Under the pieces are notes generated by a model that ran no database searches, was not told where the DNA came from, and saw only the letters and a list, made by a program, of their open reading frames with translations. 64,000 nt of DNA from Rubripirellula sp. (GTDB lineage: Bacteria > Planctomycetota > Planctomycetia > Pirellulales > Pirellulaceae). This document shows positions 27,795 to 37,812 of the stretch, one piece after another; position 1 is the first letter of the stretch; each line of letters starts with the position of its first letter. Both the position numbers and the translations under genes were made by a program. The stretch covers positions 4,192,001 to 4,256,000 of the forward strand of contig OZ244207.1 of the NCBI GenBank assembly GCA_965216875.1. The letters run 5' to 3'.

Positions 27795-30556
27795 GCAAAG
27801 CAGACGAGCGAACCGCCGCAACCTCGCGCCCCTCACGTCTCCTTTCCTCTGACGCGTCGCGTGTTGAAATGGAAACGAGCGACCTCGACGACGAACTTCA
27901 TTTCGCCGACGCGGCAACCGCGATCGCAGAGAAGCCATCAAAGCGTTCCATGGAAGATCGTGATTTACGACCGACACTCGTTCGCGCCTCGGCCGGGACG
28001 GGAAAGACGTATCGCCTAACCGCACGGTTGTTGAAGATCTTGTTGCAGGGTGCAGCGCCCGAGTCGATCTTGGCGACCACATTCACACGCAAAGCGGCTG
28101 GAGAAATCCTTGATCGCGTCCTGCTTTCGCTTGCCCGTGCCGCCGACGAAAACGACGACGAAGCGCTCGAAGCACTTCGCGCCCAGGTCGAGATTCCGAC
28201 GCTGCCGCGATCGGTGTGCCTGCAACTTCTCGACACGCTACTGCGCAATGTTCACCGTCTGAGAGTCTGCACACTCGACAGTCTATTCGCACAACTTGCT
28301 CGCTCGTTTCCGTTTGAGCTCGGATTGCCACCGGCATGGCGATTGACCGACGAGATCGAAGAGATGTGGATGCGTGAACGGGCCGTCGACGCCGTCATCG
28401 CAATGCTCGACCGAAGCGAAATGGGATCGGTCCTGTCGATGCTCGGTAAAGGCGAAATCAAGCGTTCCATCGCGAGAGAGCTGCTGCAAGTCGTCGATGC
28501 CGCCTATTCAAGTCAACGTGGGTGTGGGGAAGACGTTTGGCATCAACTGGCAGTCCCCAAACAACCCGAGGCCGAAGACCTCGCGACTGCTGCTGGCAAC
28601 ATGCGATTGGTCAAACCGAAGCAAAAACGCTTGCAAACCAAACTGAAGAGCCTGTCCGAGACGATCGACTTGAACCAGTTTGCTGCGTTGGTCGGCGACA
28701 CCGTGATTGGCAACATTGCCAAAGCCAGACGGTCCCGGCAACCTGTTCAATACTACAGTTCGAACTTCCCGCCAGAACTCGATCCGTCATTCGACGTTCT
28801 TTACAAGGCGGTGCAATCCCACGTGCTGTCGCTGCTTCAGCACCAGAACGAAGCCACCGGCGCCGTGCTCAAGGCCTATCAAGAGCACATCGAAGCGATC
28901 AAGACGTCGTCGCGTGCACTTGGCTTTGAAGATGTCTCGGTCAAACTTGCGTCCGAGTTCGCCGTGATTGATCATCGCCACATTCAATCACGCATGGACG
29001 GTGCGATCGACCATGTGTTGCTCGACGAATTCCAAGACACCTCGCCCGCTCAATGGCAAGTTCTGCGGCCGATCGTTGCGCGTGTCGCTGCCGCCGAAGC
29101 CGATGACCAACGCTCCGACAGCGATCAATGGCAAGTCGACCGATCGTTCTTTTGTGTCGGTGATACCAAACAGGCTATTTACGGTTGGCGTGGTGGCGTT
29201 GCCGAGATCTTTGACGCAGTCGCCGATCAAATCGACGGCGTCGACGAAGTCGAACAGAACACGAGTTACCGCAGCAGCCCCGTTGTGATTGGTGCAGTGA
29301 ACGACACCTTTCGCAACCTGCATCGCCACCCTACTGCCGAACACGCTTCATCGGGTGACCCGACCGATAAAGCAATGTACGAGTCGTCGGCGATGGTACG
29401 TTTCGCACGTCGCTTTCCGTTGCACGACGCGAACAAGTCGGAATTGCCAGGGCATGTCCGCCTGATGACCGCACGTCGCATCGATGATGGCGACAACGAA
29501 GCCCGCCGGTTGGCCTGCTATGAAGATGCTGCCGCGATCGCAGCCGAACTGACCAATCAGAATCCATCCAAGTCGGTCGGCGTGCTGATGCGAACCAATC
29601 ATGGTGTCGCTCAAATGATCTTCTTGCTGGAACGACTCGGCGTCGAAGTCAGCCAAGAAGGCGGCAACCCGTTAACCGATTCGGCCTCGGTCGAAATGAT
29701 TCTCTCGGCCCTGATGATGGCCGATCACCCCGGTGATGGACGTTGGGAATTCCACGTCATGGGTTCGCCACTGGCTCAAATCGAAAACATGTCGCCCGAC
29801 TGGGTTCGCACGCTTGCCGAAGACCGCGGGATCGCCGAGACCGTGCAAGTGCTTGCCGATGCACTCGCACCGCACTGCGACGCGCGCGAAACACTGCGAT
29901 TAAAACAGCTGACCCAACTGGCGATCGATTACCAACGCAACCCCTCGCCTCGGCTTCGCGACTTTGTTCGGCTCGTTCGCGAGAAACGTGTCGAACGTCC
30001 TCAGGCGGCGCCGGTTCGCGTGATGACGATTCACCAATCGAAGGGCCTCGAGTTCGATTCGGTCATCTTGGCCGAGATTGATGGGCAATTGACAAGGCAA
30101 AGCGGCCACTGCGTTGCAGATGTCAAGGATCTGGGCAGTCCGCCGCAAGCGATGACGCGATACCTGAACCAAAAGTCGTGGCACTTCCTTCCCGAACGAT
30201 GGCAACGTGCCTTCGGCAAACAAGCCGACGCCTCCACGACCGAGGCGCTGTGTTTGCTCTACGTCGCCATGACGCGAGCACGCCAAGGCCTTTACATGGT
30301 GATGCAACCCGCCAAGAAAGCGAAGTTTGATAACCGCACTGCGGCTTCGTTGATTTACCACGCACTCGCATGCGAAGACGACCCAACACAAGGCGAAATC
30401 ACGCTCTACGAATCGGGTGACCCCAATTGGTGTCTTGATGGATCCGAGGCGTCGGAGGTGACTTCGAAGCCGATTCCAGAGGAAATCAAACGGGTTCAGA
30501 TTCAACTCCAACCGCTGCCGCCGGTCCCGCGTCGGAACCGAACACCACGGAGGTAA
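27791..30556 (+). CDS. addA: AddA-like UvrD/REP SF1A helicase with no C-terminal nuclease domain
   Basis: ASAGTGKT, TFTRKAAGEI, LLDEFQDTS, VGDTKQAIYGWRGG, SYRSSP, MTIHQSKGLEFD, LLYVAMTRAR. Confidence 0.82.
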   Translation: MSKADERTAATSRPSRLLSSDASRVEMETSDLDDELHFADAATAIAEKPSKRSMEDRDLRPTLVRASAGTGKTYRLTARLLKILLQGAAPESILATTFTRKAAGEILDRVLLSLARAADENDDEALEALRAQVEIPTLPRSVCLQLLDTLLRNVHRLRVCTLDSLFAQLARSFPFELGLPPAWRLTDEIEEMWMRERAVDAVIAMLDRSEMGSVLSMLGKGEIKRSIARELLQVVDAAYSSQRGCGEDVWHQLAVPKQPEAEDLATAAGNMRLVKPKQKRLQTKLKSLSETIDLNQFAALVGDTVIGNIAKARRSRQPVQYYSSNFPPELDPSFDVLYKAVQSHVLSLLQHQNEATGAVLKAYQEHIEAIKTSSRALGFEDVSVKLASEFAVIDHRHIQSRMDGAIDHVLLDEFQDTSPAQWQVLRPIVARVAAAEADDQRSDSDQWQVDRSFFCVGDTKQAIYGWRGGVAEIFDAVADQIDGVDEVEQNTSYRSSPVVIGAVNDTFRNLHRHPTAEHASSGDPTDKAMYESSAMVRFARRFPLHDANKSELPGHVRLMTARRIDDGDNEARRLACYEDAAAIAAELTNQNPSKSVGVLMRTNHGVAQMIFLLERLGVEVSQEGGNPLTDSASVEMILSALMMADHPGDGRWEFHVMGSPLAQIENMSPDWVRTLAEDRGIAETVQVLADALAPHCDARETLRLKQLTQLAIDYQRNPSPRLRDFVRLVREKRVERPQAAPVRVMTIHQSKGLEFDSVILAEIDGQLTRQSGHCVADVKDLGSPPQAMTRYLNQKSWHFLPERWQRAFGKQADASTTEALCLLYVAMTRARQGLYMVMQPAKKAKFDNRTAASLIYHALACEDDPTQGEITLYESGDPNWCLDGSEASEVTSKPIPEEIKRVQIQLQPLPPVPRRNRTPRR

Positions 30557-30559
30557 ACG

Positions 30560-31849
30560 TTGTCGGTTCGCAAGATTCTTCATGCCGCAGACATTCATCT
30601 TGATAGTCCGCTGCAAAAACTTGACGCCTACGAGCACGCGCCGGTCGACCAGATCCGCGGTGCGTCCCGGCGCGCCCTCGAAAACATGGTGCAACTCGCG
30701 ATTGACCAATCGGTCGATTTGGTCGTGATCGCAGGTGATTTGTATGACGGTGACTGGCCTGACCAGAACACCGGCCTCTTTTTCGTCGCACAAGCCAGTC
30801 GCCTGACACAAGCCGGCATCCCCCTCGTCGTCATCCGGGGCAACCACGACGCGGCCAACGTCATGACCTCCTCGCTGCCACTGCCGAACAATCCGGATGG
30901 CAGCGAAATCATGCTTCGCAGCGACCAGGTCGACCTGCGCACTTTCGACGACATCGGCATCGCCGTTCACGGTCGTTCCTTTCGAACGCGTGCGGAAACC
31001 GAAAACCTTGCGATGCAGTACCCCAATCCGATCTCGGGAATGTTCAACGTCGGATTGTTGCACACCAGCTTGACCGGCGCCGAAGGTCACGATCCCTACG
31101 CCCCCAGTAGCCCGCGACAACTCGCCGACAAACAATACGACTACTGGGCATTGGGCCACATTCACGCCCGCGGCGATCACGCCGTCGACGGCTCGGCGCC
31201 AGTGGTCTTCAGCGGCAACATTCAAGGCCGACACATCCGCGAAACCGGCGCCAAAGGCTGCGTCTTGGTCAGCGTCGACCCGCGTGGCAATTGCCAGCAC
31301 GAGTTTCATCCACTTGATGTCGTTCGGTGGCACCTGTGCTCCATCGACGTTTCGTCGATGAGCCATCCCGACGAAGTGATCGACTACTACCAAAGTGAAT
31401 TGGCGAACGCGATCAACCAGGCTGGGCATCGATTGTTGGTCGTCCGCGTCGAACTCAAAGGCACGACGTCGCTTCATCCGCAACTGCACCGCGGGCAAGC
31501 CAATCTAAAAGCGGCCCTTCAGGCGACAACCGTCAGCCATGGTGGCCAGCGAGTGTGGCTCGAAGCGATGAAGATTCGCACTTCGCCGACGGGCAACGAG
31601 GTTGCCCCCATCGATCTCGAAGGTCCATTGGAAAGCCTGACGTCGGTCGTCAAGGAACTACAAAACGCAAACGACGCAAATGCACAGATCGAGCATGAAC
31701 TGCGCAGCTTGATCAAAAAGCTGCCCGCCGAATTGAGCAGTGATTCCGACGTCCTTCCCGTCGACGACGACAAATGGATTAAGGAGTTGATCGACTCGGC
31801 GGCCGCTAATGTGATCGACCGTCTCCAACAATCGGAGGTGGCATCTTGA
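30560..31849 (+). CDS. Mre11/SbcD-like metallophosphoesterase DNA repair exonuclease (YhaO family)
   Basis: HAADIHLD, AGDLYD, GNHD, LLHTS, WALGHIH, GNIQGRHIRETGAKG. Confidence 0.92.
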   Translation: MSVRKILHAADIHLDSPLQKLDAYEHAPVDQIRGASRRALENMVQLAIDQSVDLVVIAGDLYDGDWPDQNTGLFFVAQASRLTQAGIPLVVIRGNHDAANVMTSSLPLPNNPDGSEIMLRSDQVDLRTFDDIGIAVHGRSFRTRAETENLAMQYPNPISGMFNVGLLHTSLTGAEGHDPYAPSSPRQLADKQYDYWALGHIHARGDHAVDGSAPVVFSGNIQGRHIRETGAKGCVLVSVDPRGNCQHEFHPLDVVRWHLCSIDVSSMSHPDEVIDYYQSELANAINQAGHRLLVVRVELKGTTSLHPQLHRGQANLKAALQATTVSHGGQRVWLEAMKIRTSPTGNEVAPIDLEGPLESLTSVVKELQNANDANAQIEHELRSLIKKLPAELSSDSDVLPVDDDKWIKELIDSAAANVIDRLQQSEVAS

Positions 31850-34800
31850 TCATTCAGCAATTGGACTTGATCGCCTTTGGTTTGTTCACCGGCAAAACGC
31901 TCGACTTTGAAGTTACCGACGACAAGCGACCGTTCCACCTGATTTATGGCCCCAACGAATCGGGAAAATCAACGAGTTTGCGCGCGATCACCGCACTCCT
32001 TTTTGGAATGCCGCATCGCGCCGAAGATAACTACCTGCACACCAACACTCAGCTTCGAATTGGCGGCACGCTGGTAAGCCAGGCGGGACAGTCGCTTCGC
32101 TGTATCCGCCGTCGCGGACGCAAGGGAACGCTTCGCGATGAAAACGATGATCAAACGATCGACGAAACGGCGATGCATCGAATGCTCGGTGGAATCGATC
32201 GCGAGACTTTTTTGCGCCGCTTCGGTTTGTCGCACGACGAATTGATCGAAGGTGGTGCCGCGATCTTGCGCGGCGATGGCGACTTGGGCGAAATTTTGTT
32301 TGCCGCTGGTGCAGGAATCTCGAAACTGAGCCAACTGCGCGACCAGCTCGATGACGATGGCAAGCGTCTGTTTGCACCGCGCGGCACGAAGGTCATCAAT
32401 TCGGCATTGAAGGACCTTGAACAACAACGCAAAGAGTTGCGTGAAGCACAACTGCCGCCGGCAGAGTTCACGGCGCAACAAAAACGGATTGAACAGGCCA
32501 AGTCGGAGCTTGCCAAATTCAACGACGCAATGCACAAAGCAACCGTCGAATTGGCTCGCCTCAAGTCGTTTCAATCGGCACTGCCCTTGATCCCGCTTTG
32601 GAAGAGCGACATTCGCGAACTCGGGCAACTTGGCAACGGCCCTTCACTCGACGCCGACTTCACTCAGCGGCGACGCCAAATCGAATCCGACCGAGAAGCT
32701 GCCGCTAGCCAATGCGAAGACCTGGCCCGACGATTGACGGATCTGACGAATCGAATGGAAGCGGTCCCCGAAGATTCCGCCGTGCTCGGGCACGAAGCAG
32801 AAATCCAAACGCTGTTCCAGGAAGTGAGCGCGCGTGACAAGGCCGACCGCGATCGCATTGACTTGATCCGCGTTCAAAAAAACCTCGACCGCCGCATCAA
32901 CGAACTGCTCCAGGAACTATCGGTTCGCATTGTCACCAGTGACCAACAGGAAACCGACAGCGCCGTCGAAGACGCGGTGGTGCGGCTTCGCATCAGCGAC
33001 TCGCTCCGCAGCCAGGTTCACGATCTTGCCGCCAAGCATGAACGGTTGATTGGCCAACGAGATGATGCGCGAGACTCGGTCGCAACGATCAAAAAACGTA
33101 TCGACGAGCTCGATCATGAATTGCAACTTCTCGAAAACGTCACCGACCCGACGGCACTCGGTTCGGTGATCGATTCGGTGGGGTCCCCGGCCACGTTGCT
33201 GGAGACACTCGCCGCCCAACAAGAGGATTGCCAACAGACGTTGCGAGCTTGCCAAGCGGCCACGCGGCGATTGGATGGATTCGCGGGCGACTACAAACAA
33301 GCGGCCCAACTGACGCTCCCGCAAGAGTCTGCCATTCAGCAGACCACCCAATTGCTCGCTGAAGCAACCGAGCGACTTTCGGACGCGCGTAAACAACACA
33401 CTCAGCTATGTCGTGATCGCGACCAAGCAGCAGGCCTGCTTCACAAACAACAATCGGCAACTCGATTACCAACTTTCCAGGAACTTGAGGAAGGACGCCA
33501 GCAACGCGATGACTTGGTCGATGCCCTCGAACAATCGCCAACCGCAGAAGGTGTCGCTAAGCTGCGTCAAAGCATTCGCCAATGTGATGAAACGGCGGAC
33601 CTGCTTCAACAGCATCACCAAGAAGTTCACCAGCGGCAACAGATCAGTGATCAAATCAGTTCGCTTGACCAGCGGATTGCGGACGTCGCCGCGGAGATCG
33701 AAATCTCTCAACAGGAACTGAAGACGCACCAATTGCAGTGGCAATCTCTGTGGGATGCATGCGGTGTTGTTGCAGACCGTCCCGAGCGGATGGTGCAATG
33801 GGTCGCCGACCACAAACAACTCGTCGCATTATTCGAACGCCTGTCTGAACAACAAGATCGCGTTCAACAATCCGAACGCCGGATCGCGCGTGCGACCAAT
33901 CGTCTGCGTTCGGCGCTCAGCACCGGTGCTCCGAAACGACCAAAGGCCAAAGCCGCAATCACAGAATCGGCATACTCGCAGGGCAGTCTTTTCGATGAGG
34001 GTGGCGATGAATTCGATTCACCATCAGAAGATCTGGAATCGTTGTACGACGAAGCGGTCACCAAACGGGGCGAACTGATGCGTCGCGTTCAACAGCGTGA
34101 CACGTTGCTGCGCCGCCGAGAGGAACAGGCCGAGGAACTGCCGGCCGCCGAAACGCGTCTGGAGACCTTCAAGACCAATGTCGACCAGTGGGACCAGCAA
34201 TGGCGACAGGTCACGCAGGCCTTTGCGGAACAGGAGAACGCGACAACGTCGGTCGTGATGGCAATGATTCGTCGCATTGACCAATTGTGCGACAAGAAAC
34301 GCGAACGTGACATTCTCGCGTCCCGAATCCGTTCGATCGGCGAAGACGAACATGCCTTTACCATTCGCGTCACACGACTCGCCGAAACGTTGGCAATTTC
34401 CGACGCCGATTCCGCGCCTGCCTCGGCAACCACTCAACGACTGTACCAACGTCTGCAGTCCGAACGTTCGGCTGCCAAACAGCGTGAAATGCTTCATGAG
34501 CAAATCGTCGAAGTCGAACGCCGCCTGGAAGCAGCAAAACAGCAACAAAGCGACTGTCAGCGTCAACTTCAGCAGCTCTGCAATGAGGCAAAGTGCGAAT
34601 CGCCAGAAGAACTCCCCGAAATTGAAAACCGCTGCCGTCGACAACAACAGCTGCAAATTTCATTGCGCGATCTCGAGAATCAACTCACGCTCTTAGCCGG
34701 TGATGACGCGATTGAGGACTTCATCGAGGCGGCCAGCGAACAATCGCAAGCGTTACTCGACGTCCAAATCGAACAGCAAGAACGCGAAGTCAAAACGCTC

Positions 34801-35433
34801 CGAAAAACCATCTCGCAAGCCGACCAGGATCTGGGTGTGATGCAGCACCAAGCGGATTCGATCAGTGGCAGTGGCCGCGCGTCGGACCTCTTGCAATCAG
34901 TCCAACTCACACTCGGACGTATCGGTCGCGATGCCGAAGAGTACGCGAAGCTAAAGATCGCATCGTATCTGTTGCGGCAGGCCATCGATCATTACCGAAA
35001 AGACAACCAGAGCCCCGTGCTGGCCATCGCAGACGACTATTTCCGCAAGCTGACGTGTGGCGAATACCGCGGCCTGAAAGTCGATTTCGATGCCAAAGGT
35101 CATTCCATTCTGTTTGGCCTGCGCGACACCGGAAGCGTCGCTGAAGTCCCCGCACCGTCGATGAGCACGGGGACGGCCGACGCACTTTACCTTTCCCTGC
35201 GACTCGCCTCGCTCACCCATCAACTCAGTCAGGGTGCCGAACCCGTGCCGCTGATCGTCGATGACTGTCTGATTCAGATGGACGACCAACGCGCCGCCGC
35301 GGCCATGCAGGCCCTTTCGGAAGTCGCCACCAAAACGCAAGTGATGATGTTCACGCATCACCAACACTTGCTCGACCTCGCGCAAACTTCACTTGGCGAA
35401 AACGAATACTGCGTGCACTCGCTCGGATCTTAA
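31846..35433 (+). CDS. Rad50/SbcC-like SMC-type ATPase (YhaN / AAA_27 family)
   Basis: Walker A YGPNESGKST, a long coiled coil, signature MSTGTADALYLSLRLA, Walker B LIVDDCLIQMDD, H-loop FTHH. Confidence 0.9.
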   Translation: MIIQQLDLIAFGLFTGKTLDFEVTDDKRPFHLIYGPNESGKSTSLRAITALLFGMPHRAEDNYLHTNTQLRIGGTLVSQAGQSLRCIRRRGRKGTLRDENDDQTIDETAMHRMLGGIDRETFLRRFGLSHDELIEGGAAILRGDGDLGEILFAAGAGISKLSQLRDQLDDDGKRLFAPRGTKVINSALKDLEQQRKELREAQLPPAEFTAQQKRIEQAKSELAKFNDAMHKATVELARLKSFQSALPLIPLWKSDIRELGQLGNGPSLDADFTQRRRQIESDREAAASQCEDLARRLTDLTNRMEAVPEDSAVLGHEAEIQTLFQEVSARDKADRDRIDLIRVQKNLDRRINELLQELSVRIVTSDQQETDSAVEDAVVRLRISDSLRSQVHDLAAKHERLIGQRDDARDSVATIKKRIDELDHELQLLENVTDPTALGSVIDSVGSPATLLETLAAQQEDCQQTLRACQAATRRLDGFAGDYKQAAQLTLPQESAIQQTTQLLAEATERLSDARKQHTQLCRDRDQAAGLLHKQQSATRLPTFQELEEGRQQRDDLVDALEQSPTAEGVAKLRQSIRQCDETADLLQQHHQEVHQRQQISDQISSLDQRIADVAAEIEISQQELKTHQLQWQSLWDACGVVADRPERMVQWVADHKQLVALFERLSEQQDRVQQSERRIARATNRLRSALSTGAPKRPKAKAAITESAYSQGSLFDEGGDEFDSPSEDLESLYDEAVTKRGELMRRVQQRDTLLRRREEQAEELPAAETRLETFKTNVDQWDQQWRQVTQAFAEQENATTSVVMAMIRRIDQLCDKKRERDILASRIRSIGEDEHAFTIRVTRLAETLAISDADSAPASATTQRLYQRLQSERSAAKQREMLHEQIVEVERRLEAAKQQQSDCQRQLQQLCNEAKCESPEELPEIENRCRRQQQLQISLRDLENQLTLLAGDDAIEDFIEAASEQSQALLDVQIEQQEREVKTLRKTISQADQDLGVMQHQADSISGSGRASDLLQSVQLTLGRIGRDAEEYAKLKIASYLLRQAIDHYRKDNQSPVLAIADDYFRKLTCGEYRGLKVDFDAKGHSILFGLRDTGSVAEVPAPSMSTGTADALYLSLRLASLTHQLSQGAEPVPLIVDDCLIQMDDQRAAAAMQALSEVATKTQVMMFTHHQHLLDLAQTSLGENEYCVHSLGS

Positions 35434-35459
35434 CGTTCGATCACCCCTTACCCTTGTCC

Positions 35460-36329
35460 TTACTTAGACGAGGGCGTCGCCTTGGGACGGGTCTGCCAGG
35501 CGATGATGCGATCGACCAAAGCAGTGGGCACAAACTTGTCGACCAACACGGCTGCCTTGGCATCCAAGCCCACGTGGTAGCGCCGGCGTGGACGATTGGA
35601 TTGGATCGCCTTGCAAACGACACGAGCCACTCGGTCCGGCGACCGTCGCGAAGATGCTGATCGATGCATCAGTTTTTGGAAATGCTCGAGCCGCGGACGA
35701 TAGTCGTAGCCATCTTCGGTCGTGGCGTCCTCGATCCGCTCGACCGTCGCCTGTTCGGATTTGTCGAAGATCGGAGTGTCCGTTTGCCCGGGGCACACGA
35801 CCACGACCTTCACCCCCATCGGCGCGAGTTCACGACGCAAAGAATCAGAAAGCCCCTCAACCGCATACTTGGACGAGGCATAGGGGGCCACCATCGGAAG
35901 CGCCAAACGACTCGCTGCCGAGCTGATGTTGACCACTCTGCCGCCCCGTGATCGCAACAAAGGCAAAAAGGCCTGAGTCATTTCGATCATCCCAAAAAGG
36001 TTGACCGCAAATTGTTTGTGCCAGTCTTCAAGCGAGATCCTTTCAACCGGCCCGGCAATCGCAACGCCAGCGTTGTTCACAAGGGCGTCGATCCCCTCGG
36101 GACTCTGCGCCGAAACGTGATGTTTGGCTTGATCGATCGATTCACGGTCGGTCACGTCAAGGATGAGCGGCGTCACTGTGGCACCAAGATCACGCAGCGA
36201 ATCAGCATCCTTGTCGCGACGAACGCAGGCAAACACATGGCATCCAGCCTCCGCAAGCCGCCCAACCGTCGCCAAGCCAATGCCTCCCGAACAACCGGTG
36301 ACGAGGACGGTTCGGGGGGCTGAATTCAT
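35460..36329 (-). CDS. Short-chain dehydrogenase/reductase
   Basis: Start MNSAPRTVLVTGCSGGIG at 36329; LVNNAG, VVNISS, YASSK. Confidence 0.93.
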   Translation of the reverse strand: MNSAPRTVLVTGCSGGIGLATVGRLAEAGCHVFACVRRDKDADSLRDLGATVTPLILDVTDRESIDQAKHHVSAQSPEGIDALVNNAGVAIAGPVERISLEDWHKQFAVNLFGMIEMTQAFLPLLRSRGGRVVNISSAASRLALPMVAPYASSKYAVEGLSDSLRRELAPMGVKVVVVCPGQTDTPIFDKSEQATVERIEDATTEDGYDYRPRLEHFQKLMHRSASSRRSPDRVARVVCKAIQSNRPRRRYHVGLDAKAAVLVDKFVPTALVDRIIAWQTRPKATPSSK

Positions 36330-36630
36330 ACCGATGCACTTGTTGCTTGACTGACGCGTGGAGTTGCTAGCATCTTCGCTGAAGCTTCCCGGTGAATCTA
36401 GGGGAAATGGGAGCCTTGAATCTAGCCGGGTCGATTCGCTGGGCAGTGGTGACGTGGCGGTCGATGAACAGAAAACGCACCGTTGTTGCCCTCGTTGATT
36501 CACCATGCAGAACCGATCATTCCTACTGATTTCGAGATGCACGCTGTTAGGCTGTGAGCTTATCAAGGCCGCCTTGCGTTGTGCGAAAGCAGCGTCCACA
36601 AGCGCAACGTTCGCGGACCCAACCGCGACG

Positions 36631-37731
36631 ATGTCGAAACTCGACGCCAAAAAATCACGCTCTCTGTGCGTGATGGTGTTCGTTTTGGTCTTTGCCACAG
36701 GCTGCAGCAATCATTTGATGAACGTGGCGCTTCGTACGCCCGTGTCGGTGCGTCTCGATACGCCGGTGCAGATGACGACCGAGGTGAAAACGCAGTCGCC
36801 GCCCGACAATCGTGCGACTTCCATTCGGGCGCGAACGATCCGCAGCGACCACTCAGGAGCCTACTCAGGCAACCGGATTGCGATCGTCGACATTGACGGC
36901 GTGCTTTTGAACCGAAACATGACCGGACTCGGATCGATGGGAGAGAATCCCGTTGCGTTGTTCCGTGAAAAATTGGACGCGGTCTCAAAGTCAAGCAACA
37001 CCTGCGCGGTCGTTGTGCGAATCAATAGTCCAGGTGGTGGAGTGACCGCCTGCGATATCATGCGTCAGGAACTGATTCGCTTTCGAGAACAATCCTCCAT
37101 TCCGGTGGTCGCCTGCTTGATGGACACAGGCGCAGGCGGCGCCTACTACATCGCCACAGCCTGCGACATGATCGTTGCACACCCCACTTCGATCGTGGGT
37201 GGCGTGGGCGTGATCTTGAACTTGTACGACGTCGAAGAAACGATGGCGCAGTTCAACATCATTCCGAAATCGGTCCGAGCGGGCGATCGCATCGATTCCG
37301 GATCGCCTGTTCGCGCGTTGAAGGACAACGAACGCATCATGCTGCAAACGATTGCCGACAAGTTCCATCAGCGGTTCCGTTCGGCAGTGGTCGCCTCTCG
37401 CGAGGCGTACCAGGGCGACCCGAGCGACGATTTTGACGGCAGTGTCTTCACTGCGGACGTTGCATTCGAAAAATCGCTGATCGACCAGATCGGCTATTTT
37501 GATGACGCGGTCCGTGCAGCAGGTCAGTTGGCAGGGTGCACCACACCGCCGTCGCTTCAACTTTATCGCCGTGAAAACGACCGCGCCCGGACGCCGTACG
37601 ACATCACGCCAAACGCTCCGCTGCAGAATTCGGTCTTCCCGCTGAGCATTCCCGGACTCGATCGCAACCGCATGCCAACCTTCCTGTACCTATGGCAGAT
37701 CGAGCCGACTCTTGAGAAGACGGGTGGTTAG
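36631..37731 (+). CDS. SppA-like (peptidase S49) lipoprotein with catalytic residues apparently substituted
   Basis: Lipobox FATGC; IAIVDIDGVL, RINSPGGGVTA, GAGGAYYIATACD, HPTSIVGGVGV, FDGSVFTA, LIDQIGY. Confidence 0.82.
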   Translation: MSKLDAKKSRSLCVMVFVLVFATGCSNHLMNVALRTPVSVRLDTPVQMTTEVKTQSPPDNRATSIRARTIRSDHSGAYSGNRIAIVDIDGVLLNRNMTGLGSMGENPVALFREKLDAVSKSSNTCAVVVRINSPGGGVTACDIMRQELIRFREQSSIPVVACLMDTGAGGAYYIATACDMIVAHPTSIVGGVGVILNLYDVEETMAQFNIIPKSVRAGDRIDSGSPVRALKDNERIMLQTIADKFHQRFRSAVVASREAYQGDPSDDFDGSVFTADVAFEKSLIDQIGYFDDAVRAAGQLAGCTTPPSLQLYRRENDRARTPYDITPNAPLQNSVFPLSIPGLDRNRMPTFLYLWQIEPTLEKTGG

Positions 37732-37812
37732 TCGCTAGGCTTTTACGCTCTCACGTGGCTGAATCGATTCGGCCAGTGTTCATGCCAAAAGCTCTCAGTA
37801 ACGCCTGCCGCC

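Noticed and set aside
29900..31498. 532 aa antisense ORF, and similar ones at 19634-20938, 26982-28082, 53809-54879 and 13471-14346
   Set aside because: Shadow ORFs opposite well-supported genes in GC-rich DNA, with no recognisable motifs.
31846..35433. Calling the SMC-like ATPase true SbcC/Rad50 or a Wadjet/Lamassu defence component
   Set aside because: There is no CxxC zinc hook and no JetABD or Lamassu partner. The motifs and the adjacent phosphoesterase fit YhaN/YhaO.
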